From NCBI GenBank assembly GCA_963771175.1, contig CAVYSY010000016.1, positions 1-38,743 of the forward strand: 38,743 nucleotides of DNA, given 5' to 3'. The first letter of the stretch is position 1. Each line of letters starts with the position of its first letter. The notes beneath the pieces are model-generated. The model was not told the DNA's origin, did no database searches, and saw only the letters and a list, made by a program, of their open reading frames with translations. This DNA comes from an uncultured delta proteobacterium. Lineage in GTDB: Bacteria; Myxococcota; Myxococcia; Myxococcales; Myxococcaceae. Of the stretch, positions 12,066-23,199 are shown piece by piece. The translations under genes and the position numbers were made by a program.

Positions 12066-12403
12066 CGTACGCACGCTTCCTGGGACTGTTCGTCGTCCTG
12101 CCCATCCTGTTCCTGGCGGTGCGCTACCGGCGCACGCTGACGGCGCGGGGGTTGGCGCCCATGGGCCTGCTGCTGGTGGTGGTCTACGTGGCGACGTCGC
12201 CGTGGGACAACCTGGCGGTGAAGTGGGGCCTGTGGGGGTTCGACCCGGAGCGCATCTGGGGCCTCAAGCTCGGGTACCTGCCGCTGGAGGAGTACCTCTT
12301 CTTCGGGCTGCAGACGCTGCTGGTGGGGCTGTGGGCGCGCGAGCGGCTGCGCCGGGTGCTGGACGCGCCCGACGTGTCAGGCGCCAAGGAGGTGGCGTCA
12401 TGA
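12062..12403 (+). CDS. crtYc: Heterodimeric lycopene beta-cyclase subunit
   Basis: MTYARFL, SPWDNLAV..GLWGF, and the PLEEYLFF motif. Confidence 0.85.
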   Translation: MTYARFLGLFVVLPILFLAVRYRRTLTARGLAPMGLLLVVVYVATSPWDNLAVKWGLWGFDPERIWGLKLGYLPLEEYLFFGLQTLLVGLWARERLRRVLDAPDVSGAKEVAS

Positions 12404-12747
12404 TGGAGACACGCTGGGCGTACCTCATCCACCTGCTGGGGTGGTCGCTGCCCTTCATCCTGTTGCAGCTCGCGGTGCTGGTGAACCACTTCCGTGGCCG
12501 CTCGTGGGCGGTGCTGCGGGCGGTGATGCCGCCCGCGCTGGTGGTGGGCACGTACCTGTCGGTGGCGGACCACCTGGCCATCCGCGAGGGCATCTGGAAC
12601 TTCGGCGAGGGCAAGCACCTGGGCGTGTACGTGGCGGGGGTGCCGCTCGAGGAGATTCTCTTCTTCCTGCTGACGAGCGTGATGGTGTCGCTGGGACTGA
12701 CGCTCTTCACGGTGCTCCTGTCGCGGCGGGAGGCGCGTGTGCCGTGA
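12400..12747 (+). CDS. crtYd: Heterodimeric lycopene beta-cyclase subunit
   Basis: ADHLAIREGIWNF and the VPLEEILFF motif; coupled to the previous gene. Confidence 0.85.
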   Translation: MMETRWAYLIHLLGWSLPFILLQLAVLVNHFRGRSWAVLRAVMPPALVVGTYLSVADHLAIREGIWNFGEGKHLGVYVAGVPLEEILFFLLTSVMVSLGLTLFTVLLSRREARVP

Positions 12748-13427
12748 TTCGCGCGGCCAAAGGTGGGCTCCTCGGGTGGGCGCTCGACCGGTACGTGGGG
12801 TGGAAGTTCAGGTCGGCGTTCCGGGGCCTGTGGGTGCGCGGGGAGCTGCCTCGAGGGGAGGGCGCGCGCCTCGTCTACGCCAACCACTCCAACTGGTGGG
12901 ACGGCTTCGTGCTGCACCAGGTGGGGCAGGCGGCGGGGTGGGACGCCTACTGCGTCATGGAGGAACACAACCTGGAGCGCTACCGCTTCCTGTCGAGGCT
13001 GGGGGCGTTCAGCATCCGCCGGGGTGATGCGGCCTCGTCACTGGAGACGCTGCGTTACGCGGGCGGACTGCTGCGCCGGCCGCGGGCGGCGGTGTGCATC
13101 TTCCCCGAGGGCGAGTTGCGACCCTTCGGCGCGCTGCCCCCTCGGCTGGAGCGCGGGGTGGAGCTGCTCGGGCGGGTGGCGAAGGTGGAGTGCGTGCCGC
13201 TCGCCATCCGCTACGCCTTCTTCGAGCACGAGCGGCCGGACGTGCTGGTGGAGGTGGGGGCGCCGCACCCGGCGGGTCCGCTCTCGTGCTTCCAGTCGGA
13301 GCTGGAGGGGGCGGTGCGGCGGCTGGCGGAGGCGACGAGCCTGGAAGGCTTCGCGCGCGTGGTGTCGGGAGGGCTGGGGGTGGCGGAGCGCTGGGACGCG
13401 GTGCGGGGGAGGGTGCCCTCGACATGA
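12744..13427 (+). CDS. PlsC-like acyltransferase (carotenoid glucoside acyltransferase candidate, orf9-like)
   Basis: ANHSNWWD (HxxxxD), LGAFSI and IFPEGEL. The GTG start overlaps the crtYd stop. Confidence 0.85.
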   Translation: MIRAAKGGLLGWALDRYVGWKFRSAFRGLWVRGELPRGEGARLVYANHSNWWDGFVLHQVGQAAGWDAYCVMEEHNLERYRFLSRLGAFSIRRGDAASSLETLRYAGGLLRRPRAAVCIFPEGELRPFGALPPRLERGVELLGRVAKVECVPLAIRYAFFEHERPDVLVEVGAPHPAGPLSCFQSELEGAVRRLAEATSLEGFARVVSGGLGVAERWDAVRGRVPST

Positions 13428-14284
13428 CGCTGCGCATCCGCACCATCGCCCGGCTCACGGGCATCCGCGAGGCCACCCTGCGCGCCTGGGAGCGGCGCTA
13501 TGGCTTCCCCCGCCCGCACCGCAACGAGAGCAACTACCGCGTCTACAGCCGCGAGGAGGTGGAGGACATCCGCCGGGTGGCGAAGCTCATCTCCGAGGGG
13601 CTGGCGGTGAGCGAGGCCATCGCCCAGGTGCAGATCACGCCGGTGGGCGAGCTGCCGGTGCGCGAGCGCCTGGTGGAGCGCTTCTGGTCGGCGGTGATGG
13701 TGATGGACGGGGACTCGGCGGACCGGGTGCTCGGCGAGGCCCAGGCCTCCATGGACGTGGAGTCCTACAGCGACACCCTGCTCCTGCCGCTGCTGCGCGA
13801 GATGGGCTCTCGACTGGACATCGCGCGCGAGCACCTGGCCTCGGCGCTCATCCGCCAGCGGCTGCGGGCCCTGCTGCTCGCGGAGGACTCTCATCCGGAG
13901 GGGCCTCGGGTGGTGCTCGCCTGTCCGGAGCGGGACCTGCACGAGGGCGGGCTGCTGGCGCTGGGGCTCCACCTCAAGCGCGGGGGCTGGCGGGTGACCC
14001 TGTTGGGGGCGGATACCCCGACGGAGGCGCTGCAAGCGGCCTGCCAGCAGGTGCGCCCGGAACTGGTGGCGCTCTCCTTCGTGCGGCGCCGGGAGCCGGC
14101 GGACATCGAGCAGGTGCTGCGCGTGTCCGTGGGGGCGTGTGCTCCGGCCCTGGTGGTGGTAGGAGGCCCGGGCGCGCGAGAGCACCTGAAGGCCATCTTC
14201 AGCGCGGGGGCGCAGTATGCTGACTCCCTGGATGAGCTGGTGGCCCTCTGGCAACAGGTGCGAGGCGCATCGAACCGCACCTGA
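13424..14284 (+). CDS. carA: MerR-family repressor CarA
   Basis: MTLRIRTIARLTGIREATLRAWERRYG winged helix and B12-domain DLHEGG. It lacks the Trp of the Wx9EH motif. Confidence 0.9.
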   Translation: MTLRIRTIARLTGIREATLRAWERRYGFPRPHRNESNYRVYSREEVEDIRRVAKLISEGLAVSEAIAQVQITPVGELPVRERLVERFWSAVMVMDGDSADRVLGEAQASMDVESYSDTLLLPLLREMGSRLDIAREHLASALIRQRLRALLLAEDSHPEGPRVVLACPERDLHEGGLLALGLHLKRGGWRVTLLGADTPTEALQAACQQVRPELVALSFVRRREPADIEQVLRVSVGACAPALVVVGGPGAREHLKAIFSAGAQYADSLDELVALWQQVRGASNRT

Positions 14285-14312
14285 GGCTGATGGGGGGCGG
14301 GCGGGGTGAGTC

Positions 14313-15200
14313 ATGGCCGAGCGCACCTACAGAATCCACATCGCCGCGGAGCTCTCCGGAGTACGGGAGGAGTTGATCCGCGCCTGGGAGCGGCGCTACG
14401 GGGTGCTGGCGCCGCAGCGCACGCCGTCGGGCTACCGGGTGTACACGGAGCGGGACGTGGCGCTGCTGCGGCGGCTCAAGCAGCTCACCGAGGAGGGCGT
14501 GTCCATCAGCGAGGCGGCGAAGCTGCTGCCGCAACTGCTGGCGGAGCTCGGCGCGACGCAGCCGGCGGCGGAGCCGGGTCCCGCGAGCCTCGCCTGGCGG
14601 GACGAGGCGCTGAAGGCGGCGGAGGCGTTGGATCAGCCGCGGGTGTTGGAGGTGCTGGACGAGGTGCTCGGGGCGCTGCCGCCGCTGAAGGCCTACGACG
14701 AGGTGCTGGTGCCGCTGCAGTGCGAGGTGGGGGAGCGCTGGCACACGGGGGCCTTCTCGGTGGGGCAGGAGCACCTGGTGACGCAGGCGGTGCGCGCGCG
14801 GCTCATCAGCCTGCTGCACATGTCGCCGGCCCGGGGGAGCCGGCGCGCGGTGCTGGCATGCTTCCCCGAGGAGCAGCATGAGCTCGGGCTGCTGGGCGCG
14901 GCGCTGCGGCTGCGGCACGCGGGGCTGTCGGTGACGCTGCTGGGCCAGCGGACGCCGGCGGCGGAGGTGGGCCGGGTGGCCCGGCAGGTGAAGGCGGACC
15001 TCGTGGGGCTGTCGGCGGTGACGGACCCCGGCGCCCAGGAGTTCGAGGCGTTGCTGTCGCGCATCCTGGAGGGAATCCCCGAGGGGACGCCGGTGTGGGT
15101 GGGAGGACCCATGGCGCGGCAGTACCGCGAGGTCTGCGAGCGGCTGGGTGCCCACGTCTTCGAGGACGAGGGCGACTGGTCTCGGCTGCTGGGCGGGTGA
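14313..15200 (+). CDS. carH: Adenosylcobalamin-dependent photoreceptor/repressor CarH
   Basis: MAERTYRI..AAELSGV..ELIRAWERRYG, an intact Wx9EH motif (WHTGAFSVGQEH) and ExHxxG (EQHELG). Confidence 0.92.
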   Translation: MAERTYRIHIAAELSGVREELIRAWERRYGVLAPQRTPSGYRVYTERDVALLRRLKQLTEEGVSISEAAKLLPQLLAELGATQPAAEPGPASLAWRDEALKAAEALDQPRVLEVLDEVLGALPPLKAYDEVLVPLQCEVGERWHTGAFSVGQEHLVTQAVRARLISLLHMSPARGSRRAVLACFPEEQHELGLLGAALRLRHAGLSVTLLGQRTPAAEVGRVARQVKADLVGLSAVTDPGAQEFEALLSRILEGIPEGTPVWVGGPMARQYREVCERLGAHVFEDEGDWSRLLGG

Positions 15201-15202
15201 GT

Positions 15203-15250
15203 TCACCCCAGGTGCGGACCCTCATCGATTTCTTGTGCGAGCGCCTCGGG
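15203..15250 (+). pseudogene. Short relic resembling a LysR-family C-terminus
   Basis: SPQVRTLIDFLCERLG resembles the SPKVRAFIDFL end of CrgA-like LTTRs; no upstream part of the gene is present. Confidence 0.4.
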
Positions 15251-15318
15251 GGGTATGTCGGGGTGGGACGGTGCCCCTATAATCAACGGGGAACATGCAA
15301 CGCATGAGGGGAACCGTC

Positions 15319-16686
15319 ATGAAGACCCTGCGTGCCTGGGCGCTCCTGGGTGTTGGCCTCGTCTCGTTCGCTGGCGCGGTGCTGACCGGCTGCGTGCACG
15401 AGGCGCAGCCCATTCCCGGGACAGCGGAGCGGGCAGTCGCGTTCGTCGGGGTGAACGTCATCCCCATGGACACCGAGCGCGTCCTGACGGACCACACGGT
15501 CGTCGTACGGGACGGACGCATCGCGTCCATCGGTCCCTCGGCGTCCATCACCATCCCGGCCGATGCCGAGCGCATCGACGGCAAGGGCCGCTACCTGATG
15601 CCGGGGCTGGCGGACTTCCACGTCCACCTGACGTCGGACGAGCAGCTCCTGTCGTACCTGGCCCATGGCGTCACCAGCATCTTCGAGCTGGATGGCTCGC
15701 CCCGGCACGTCGAGCTCCGGGCGGAGCTCGCGAACCATCAGCGCTTCGGCCCCACGCTCTACACGAGCAGCCCGCGGGTGGACGGGGACCCGCCGGTGTT
15801 CGGCGGCACGGTGGTGAAGGTGGGCTCGCCCGATCAGGCCCGCAAGGCGGTCGTCCAGCAGAAGAACGCGGGCTACGACGCCCTCAAGGTCTACGACAAC
15901 CTCACCCCCGAGGTGTACGCCATCCTCATGGGGATGGCCCGGCAGCAGAAGCTGGCGGTGGTGGGGCACGTGCCGCGCAAGGTGGGGCTGGAGGCGGTGC
16001 TCCGGGCGCGCCAGGCGCTCATCTCGCATGGGGCGGAGTACTTCCTCGCCGCGGGACAGGACGCGTCGCGGATTCCGGCCCTCGTGCGTGCGACGAAGGA
16101 GGCGGGGACGTCGGTGGTGCCCAACCTGGCGCGCCTCGCCACCACGCGGCGGATGCTGGAGGACGTGGAGGGCGTCTTCGCGGACCCCGAGGCTCGTTTC
16201 CTCTCGCCGGAGGTGATTCGCAACTGGCGCGGCTCCAACCCCACGCGCCGGGTGGACGTGGCGGCCTTCGCCGAGCGCGAGCGGGTGACATACCCCTTCG
16301 TCCAGCAGCTCGCCCTGGGGCTGCAGAAGGAGGGCGTGCGGCTGCTGCTGGGCACGGACGCCTCGCAGGCGGGGCTCTACCCCGGCAAGGCGGCGCACGC
16401 GGAGCTGGCGGAGCTGGTGAAGGCGGGCCTGTCACCCTTCGAGGCGCTGGCCACCGGCACGCGCAACGCCGGCGGCTTCATCACGGACCACGTGGACGCG
16501 GCGGCGCGCTTCGGCACGGTGGCGCTCGGGCAGCGGGCGGACCTGCTGCTGCTGCCCGGCAATCCGCTCGAGGACGTGGGCCAGGCGGACCGGCCGCTCG
16601 GGGTGATGGTGCGCGGCCAGTGGCTCCCGCGCGAGCAGCTCCTGCGCATGCGGGAGAAGGCCGCCAAGGCCTTCTCGAAGCGTTGA
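15319..16686 (+). CDS. Exported (lipoprotein-like) amidohydrolase family protein
   Basis: Signal ending VLTGC; IDGKGRYLMPGLADFHVH, LKVY, VGH, ISHG, LLGTD and GQRADLLLL..NPLED. Confidence 0.9.
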   Translation: MKTLRAWALLGVGLVSFAGAVLTGCVHEAQPIPGTAERAVAFVGVNVIPMDTERVLTDHTVVVRDGRIASIGPSASITIPADAERIDGKGRYLMPGLADFHVHLTSDEQLLSYLAHGVTSIFELDGSPRHVELRAELANHQRFGPTLYTSSPRVDGDPPVFGGTVVKVGSPDQARKAVVQQKNAGYDALKVYDNLTPEVYAILMGMARQQKLAVVGHVPRKVGLEAVLRARQALISHGAEYFLAAGQDASRIPALVRATKEAGTSVVPNLARLATTRRMLEDVEGVFADPEARFLSPEVIRNWRGSNPTRRVDVAAFAERERVTYPFVQQLALGLQKEGVRLLLGTDASQAGLYPGKAAHAELAELVKAGLSPFEALATGTRNAGGFITDHVDAAARFGTVALGQRADLLLLPGNPLEDVGQADRPLGVMVRGQWLPREQLLRMREKAAKAFSKR

Positions 16687-16723
16687 GCACACCGGTGTGC
16701 TCAGCCGCTCGGGGCGGGGCCCC

Positions 16724-18280
<1,557 letters not shown>

Positions 18281-18404
18281 TCCGGGCTCCGGAGGTGGGG
18301 GCGAAGTCCACCTCGCCCCGGACTGTAACCCGGTCGGGGCTCCTCCTCGCCGGAACGCTCGCTTTCCCTCCGACCGTGTCTGGCCCGGGACGGCCCGGCG
18401 ATGC

Positions 18405-20376
18405 TCAGCCCTCGGTGCGCGGCGCCGAGGCCACGGTGGCGAACCGGTCTCCGTACGGCGGCACCTCGCGGTGGTCGATGCGGCACACGATGACCTGCGG
18501 CCGGCGCTCCTCGTCCGCGCGCTGGAGCACCTGGGGCAGCAGCTCCGCGAGCTGGCCCGGCTTCGTCACCTCGTAGGCCCGGGCCCCCAGCGACTCGGAG
18601 AACTTCACCAGGTCCGGGTCTCCCAGGCTGAAGTACGGGTCGTCCAGTGGGTTCTCGTCCCGGGCCTGCACGTGCTCGCCGTGGTTCACCGTGCCCAGGT
18701 AGTTGTCGTTGAGCACGAGGTACACGGCGCCCACCTGGTAGCGCACCGCCGTCAGCACCTCCACCCCGTTCATCAGGAACGCGCCGTCCCCGGTGAGCGC
18801 GATGGCGGTGTTCTCCGGCCGCCCAATCTTTCCGCCGATGACGGCGCCCAGCGACCAGCCCATGGAGGACAGGCCGCACGGGTAGAAGACGCGCGTCGGC
18901 GGGGTGATGCGCAGGCAGTGCGTGGCCCAGGCGGTGCAGTTGCCCATGTCCACGTACAGGTCCGTGTGGGCGCGCAGGTGCGGGTTGAGCTCCGCCATCA
19001 CGTGCTGCGGCTTGAGCGGCCCGTCCCCGGACGGCAGCGCGGCGGCCGCGCGGTGGGCGAGGCTCAGCGCGTTGAGGTGCTGCCGGCGCTCGCGCACCTG
19101 CGCCTCGCTGCCCGGCGTGGCGTCGTGGCCGAACTCCACCAGCCCCGCCACCACCGAGCTCACGTCCGCCACGATGGGCAGGTTCACCTGGAGGAACTGG
19201 CCGATGACGGACGGCGTCGCGTCCACCTGGATGACGGTGTTCGCCGCCTGGAAGAGCGAGGAGAAGCTCTTGCTGGCCCACTCGCCCAGGCGGCTGCCCA
19301 GCACCATCAGCACGTCCACGCCCTCGCCCAGGTACTGCTCGGCGCGCTTGCTGCCGGCCATGCCCAGCACGCCCAGCGACAAGGGGTCCTCCTCGGAGAA
19401 GAGTCCCTTGCCGCGCACGCTCGTGACCACGGGGATGCAGTAGCGGCGCACGAAGGCGGCGAACTCCGCGCCCTGGGACTCCATCGCCTCGCGCGCGCCC
19501 GAGCCCAGGTACAGCAGGGGCCGCTTCGCCTGACGCAGCAGCTCGAAGGCCGTGTACACCTCGGAGGCCGGCGCCGCGGGCAGGGTGCCCCGCCAGGCGC
19601 CCGGCGCCGTGGGCACGCTCACCTTCGCCAGCTTCTGCCGGGCGATGTTGACGGGCACGCTCATGTGCACCGCCGCGTGCGGCACCGCCTGCGCCACCTT
19701 CAGCGCGCGCTCGAACAGCCGGGGAAAGCTCTTCGCGTCCACCACCGCGGTGCTCGCGGCCGTGCAGTGCCGGAACATCTCCGCCGTGTTGATGCCGCCC
19801 TCGTCGGTGCACTCCTGGAGGGCGTCCCAGGCCGAAGCGCTCGGTGGACACCTGCCCGCTGAGCGTCAGCACCGGCACCTGATCCAGGTGCGCCGAGGCC
19901 ACGCCCGTCATCGCGTTGGTGGCCCCGGGACCCGCCGTCACCGCGCACACGCCCAGCTTGCCCGTGGCGCGCGCGTACCCGTCCGCCATGAAGGCCGAGC
20001 CGCCCTCGTGGTTGCCGATGATGAAGCGGATGCGCGAGTGGCGGCGCAGCGCCTGCACCAGCGGCGCGATGTTGCCGCCGGGGATGCCGAACACCGCATC
20101 CACCTGCTCCGCCTCCAGGTGCGCCATCAGGGCGTCCACCACCGTGACGTCCTCCAGCGTGCGGAAGGTGCGCAGCCGCGCCAGGGCGGGCAGCGTCGAG
20201 GGCTGCTCCGCGCGGACCACCGGCTCCGGGTGCGCCACTCCGTCCCGGGGCGCGGCGACCGGCTCCACGTGCAACCCGTTGGCGAACGAGTACGTCCCCG
20301 GCGGGAACAGGCCGGTGAGGGACTCACCCCGGCTCAGAGGACTCGACGCGACCTTGGCGAGCGCGGGCTGGGACAC
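18405..20376 (-). CDS. Thiamine-diphosphate-dependent enzyme, acetolactate synthase/ScyA-like (apparent indel near 19820)
   Basis: VFGIPGG, NHEGGSAFMADGYARATG, TAGPGATN, SMGWS and the ThDP motif GDGAFLMNG...LNDN. GTG start inferred from RBS GAAAGGG. Confidence 0.88.
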
Positions 20377-20510
20377 AGAGGGGGCCCTTTCTGAATTTCC
20401 GGGGTGCGCGCTGCCCCAGGGACTCGGGTTGTTGAGCGGGGCCGGGCCGGGGGGCTCGGCGGGGGTCGCGTGCGCGCGACGCGGTGTGTCGGAACGATGA
20501 CTTGTGAGCA

Positions 20511-20549
20511 AATTACCTCGTTTCCCGAGTTCGTGGGAACAGGGAAATT
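20511..20549. promoter_or_regulatory. Imperfect AT-rich inverted repeat in a divergent promoter region
   Basis: AATTACCTCGTTTCCC-N8-GGGAACAGGGAAATT. A second palindrome, CTCGAA-TT-TTCGAG, lies at 20648-20661. Confidence 0.35.
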
Positions 20550-20740
20550 AAATTTTTTCAGGCTGGCTGGATTTGGAGCTGTGGTAGGGCCCGCGGCCTT
20601 CCGGACGCTCGGGAACGCGAGGCCTGGGGGGGCAGGTAGGCTAACCGCTCGAATTTTCGAGAGGAAGACGGATCGCGTTAAGCTCCGGGCACCCGCCGCC
20701 GCGCCAGACGCGGGGCATGCCCAGCCACGCGAGGCAAGTG

Positions 20741-21160
20741 ATGCCTGTCCCACAGAACTTCGTCACGGAGTACGGCTTTCGCTCTCACGGTCCCGGGTAC
20801 ATCACTCCGGCCGAGGCGCGCGCCTGGTTCGAGGATCTGAAGCCGCGGGTTCTCGCCCTGGGAGGCAAGACCTTCGGCATGCTGGTGGACTCCCGCACGC
20901 AGAAGGCCAACCCGCCCGAGACCCAGGAGGTCATCAAGGAGGCGATGGTGTGGCTGCGCGGCCACGGCATGGAGCGCTCCGTGGTGGTGTTGGACAGCAC
21001 CGTGGCGCTGATCCAGATCCTCCGGCTGTCGAAGGCCTCGGGCGTGTACGCCTACGAGCGCTATCTGGACGCGCTGAAGGACCCGGAGTGGGAGGCCAAG
21101 GCGGTGGACTGGATTGTCCGGGCGATTGATCCGGACCTGCCGCAGCCGGCACGGAAGTAG
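20741..21160 (+). CDS. Small STAS/SEC14 (SpoIIAA-like) hypothetical protein
   Basis: 139 aa with an alpha/beta pattern (FGMLVDSR...SVVVLDS.VALIQILRL), GC3-rich codons and RBS GAGG. Confidence 0.65.
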   Translation: MPVPQNFVTEYGFRSHGPGYITPAEARAWFEDLKPRVLALGGKTFGMLVDSRTQKANPPETQEVIKEAMVWLRGHGMERSVVVLDSTVALIQILRLSKASGVYAYERYLDALKDPEWEAKAVDWIVRAIDPDLPQPARK

Positions 21161-21221
21161 GCGCGCCGAGGCGCGTGTCACCCGCGCGGATTCTTCACGG
21201 TGACCAGGAGAGCAGCGAAAC

Positions 21222-21784
21222 ATGATCAGGGTGGCAATCATCATCGGAAGCACGCGTCCGGGTCGCAAGGCCGAGGCGGTGGCCCGCTGGGTCCACGAGA
21301 TCGCGAAGAAGCGCAGCGACGCCGAGTTCGAGCTCGTCGACATCAAGGACTTCAACCTGCCGCTGCTCGACGAGCCGGTGCCGCCGTCGCTGGGGCAGTA
21401 CACGCAAGCCGCACACCAAGGCCTGGGCCGCGAAGATCGCCTCCTTCGACGCCTACGTCTTCGTGACGCCCGAGTACAACCACGGCACCTCCGGCGCGCT
21501 GAAGAACGCGATCGACTACCTGTACGCCGAGTGGAACAACAAGGCGGCCGGGTTCGTGAGCTACGGCAGCGCCGGCGGCGCGCGCGCGGTGGAGCAGCTG
21601 CGGCTGGTGATGGGCGAGCTGCAGGTCGCCGACGTGCGCGCCCAGGTCATGCTCTCGCTCTTCACCGACTTCGAGAACTTCACCACCTTCAAGCCGGCTG
21701 CCCACGCACGAGAAGTCGGTCAACACCATGCTCGACCAGGTCATCGCCTGGGGCGGCGCGCTGAAGACGCTGCGGAAGAAGTGA
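21222..21784 (+). CDS. NADPH-dependent FMN reductase (two apparent indels)
   Basis: IIIGSTRPGRK, LPLLDEP, FVTPEYNHG.SGALKNAIDYL, KAAGFVSYG and MLDQVIAWGGAL. Confidence 0.92.
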
Positions 21785-21827
21785 CGTGAGCGGCCCTCTC
21801 CCCGCGGGAGGAGAGGGCCCGCGTCAC
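21781..21827. terminator. Hairpin between convergent genes (bidirectional terminator or REP-like)
   Basis: GGCCCTCTCC (21792-21801) pairs with GGAGAGGGCC (21810-21819), and outer GTGACG pairs with CGTCAC. Confidence 0.6.
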
Positions 21828-21837
21828 CGCGCGGGGC

Positions 21838-23027
21838 TCAGCGCGCGTAGATGCGCTTGTGGTCGCGCGTGCCCAGGTAGCGGAAGCCCGTGCCGGGAGT
21901 CTCCTCGGCCGGCTTCTCGTCCAGCTTCTCGCGGGCGTCCATGATGGCCTCGTACTCGGGGATGCTCAGCGCGCGACGCTTCTCCAGCAGCGTCTCCAGG
22001 CCCAGCGCCTTCACGCGCGCCTGCGCCTCGGGCGACACCACGCCGGTGAAGAACTCCGCGCACGAGCCGCTGCCGTACGAGAACAGGCCCACGCGCTTGC
22101 CCGTGAGGTCCTCACGCGAGGACGACAGGAGGCTCGCCAGCGCCAGGTACATGGAGCCCGTGTAGACGTTGCCCACCTGCGAGGGCAGCACGAGGCTCGG
22201 GCCCACCAGCCGCGTCGAAGCTCGCATCCGGCTCCTTGTCCCCGTCCAGCGTGCGCAGGTGGCGGTGCGCCTTGCGCGACATCTTCCCGTACGGCACGTG
22301 GTAGACGAGCGCGGCGAACCGGTCGCTGTAGAGGCCCTCGCCCTCCGCGCTCCCGGCGGCCTCCTGCTAGGCCTTGTAGGCCCCCTCCAGCGCGTCCAGG
22401 TAGCACTGCACCGAGTAGTGCCCGTCCACCAGCGCGTCCTTCGAGTAGAGCGGACGCCAGAAGTCCATCACGTCGTTGGCGTACACGCCGGAGCCGGCCT
22501 CGAGCGCCAGCAGCCTCGGCTTGTCCGACACCAGCAGCGCCACCGCGCCCGCGCCCTGCGTGGGCTCACCCGGCGTGCCCACGCCATAGCGCGCGATGTC
22601 CGAGCAGATGATGAGGGCCTTCTTCCCCTTCGCGCTGCCCGAGCGCACCCAGTCCAGTCGCGAGCTGCAGCGCCGCCGTGCCGCCGTAGCAGGCGTGCTT
22701 CGTCTCGAAGACGCGGCAGCGCGTGGACAGCCCCAGCAGGCCCTGCACGTACGAGGACACCGGCTTGGAGTGGTCCACCGCCGTCTCGGTGCCCACCACC
22801 AGCATGCCCACGTCCTCGGGAGAGCACCCGATCGCGTCCAGCGCCATCCGCGCCGCGCGCGCCGCCAGCGTCACCGTGTCCTCGTCCACCAGGGGCACGG
22901 CCATCCGCGTCACGCCCAGGCCGTCCACGTACTTGCCGGGCGCCACGCCGCGCGCCTTGGCCAGCTCCGCCAGCTCCACGTACGTGGGCGGTACGGCGAT
23001 CCCGATGCTCTCCAGTCCTGCTTGCAT
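21838..23027 (-). CDS. mvaS: Hydroxymethylglutaryl-CoA synthase (indels plus one in-frame TAG near 22367)
   Basis: EDTVTLA, GTETAVDHSKP, catalytic ETKHACYGGT, SDIARYG, GEPTQGAGAVA, DFWRP, YHVPYGKM, GNVYTGSMYLAL and FSYGSG. RBS AAGGAG. Confidence 0.9.
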
Positions 23028-23045
23028 CCGGCACTCCTTCAATTT

Positions 23046-23067
23046 TTCAGTAAGGGGGGCTACTGAA
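23046..23067. promoter_or_regulatory. Inverted repeat just upstream of the mvaS RBS
   Basis: TTCAGTA-N8-TACTGAA with perfect arms. Confidence 0.4.
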
Positions 23068-23124
23068 CGTTGGGGGGAGAACATTCTGACCCAATCCCCG
23101 GGTGTGCTTCTACCCCCTATGCCG

Positions 23125-23152
23125 CACCCCATGGGAGGGCGGCCTGGGCAGG
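23125..23152 (+). repeat. Direct repeat copy 1 (28 bp)
   Basis: CACCCCATGGGAGGGCGGCCTGGGCAGG, identical to 28214-28240 except for one extra G. Confidence 0.85.
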
Positions 23153-23199
23153 CGTGTTCCTCGAGGGGCTGCGCTAGAATTCCCTCCAAGGAGGCAGTC

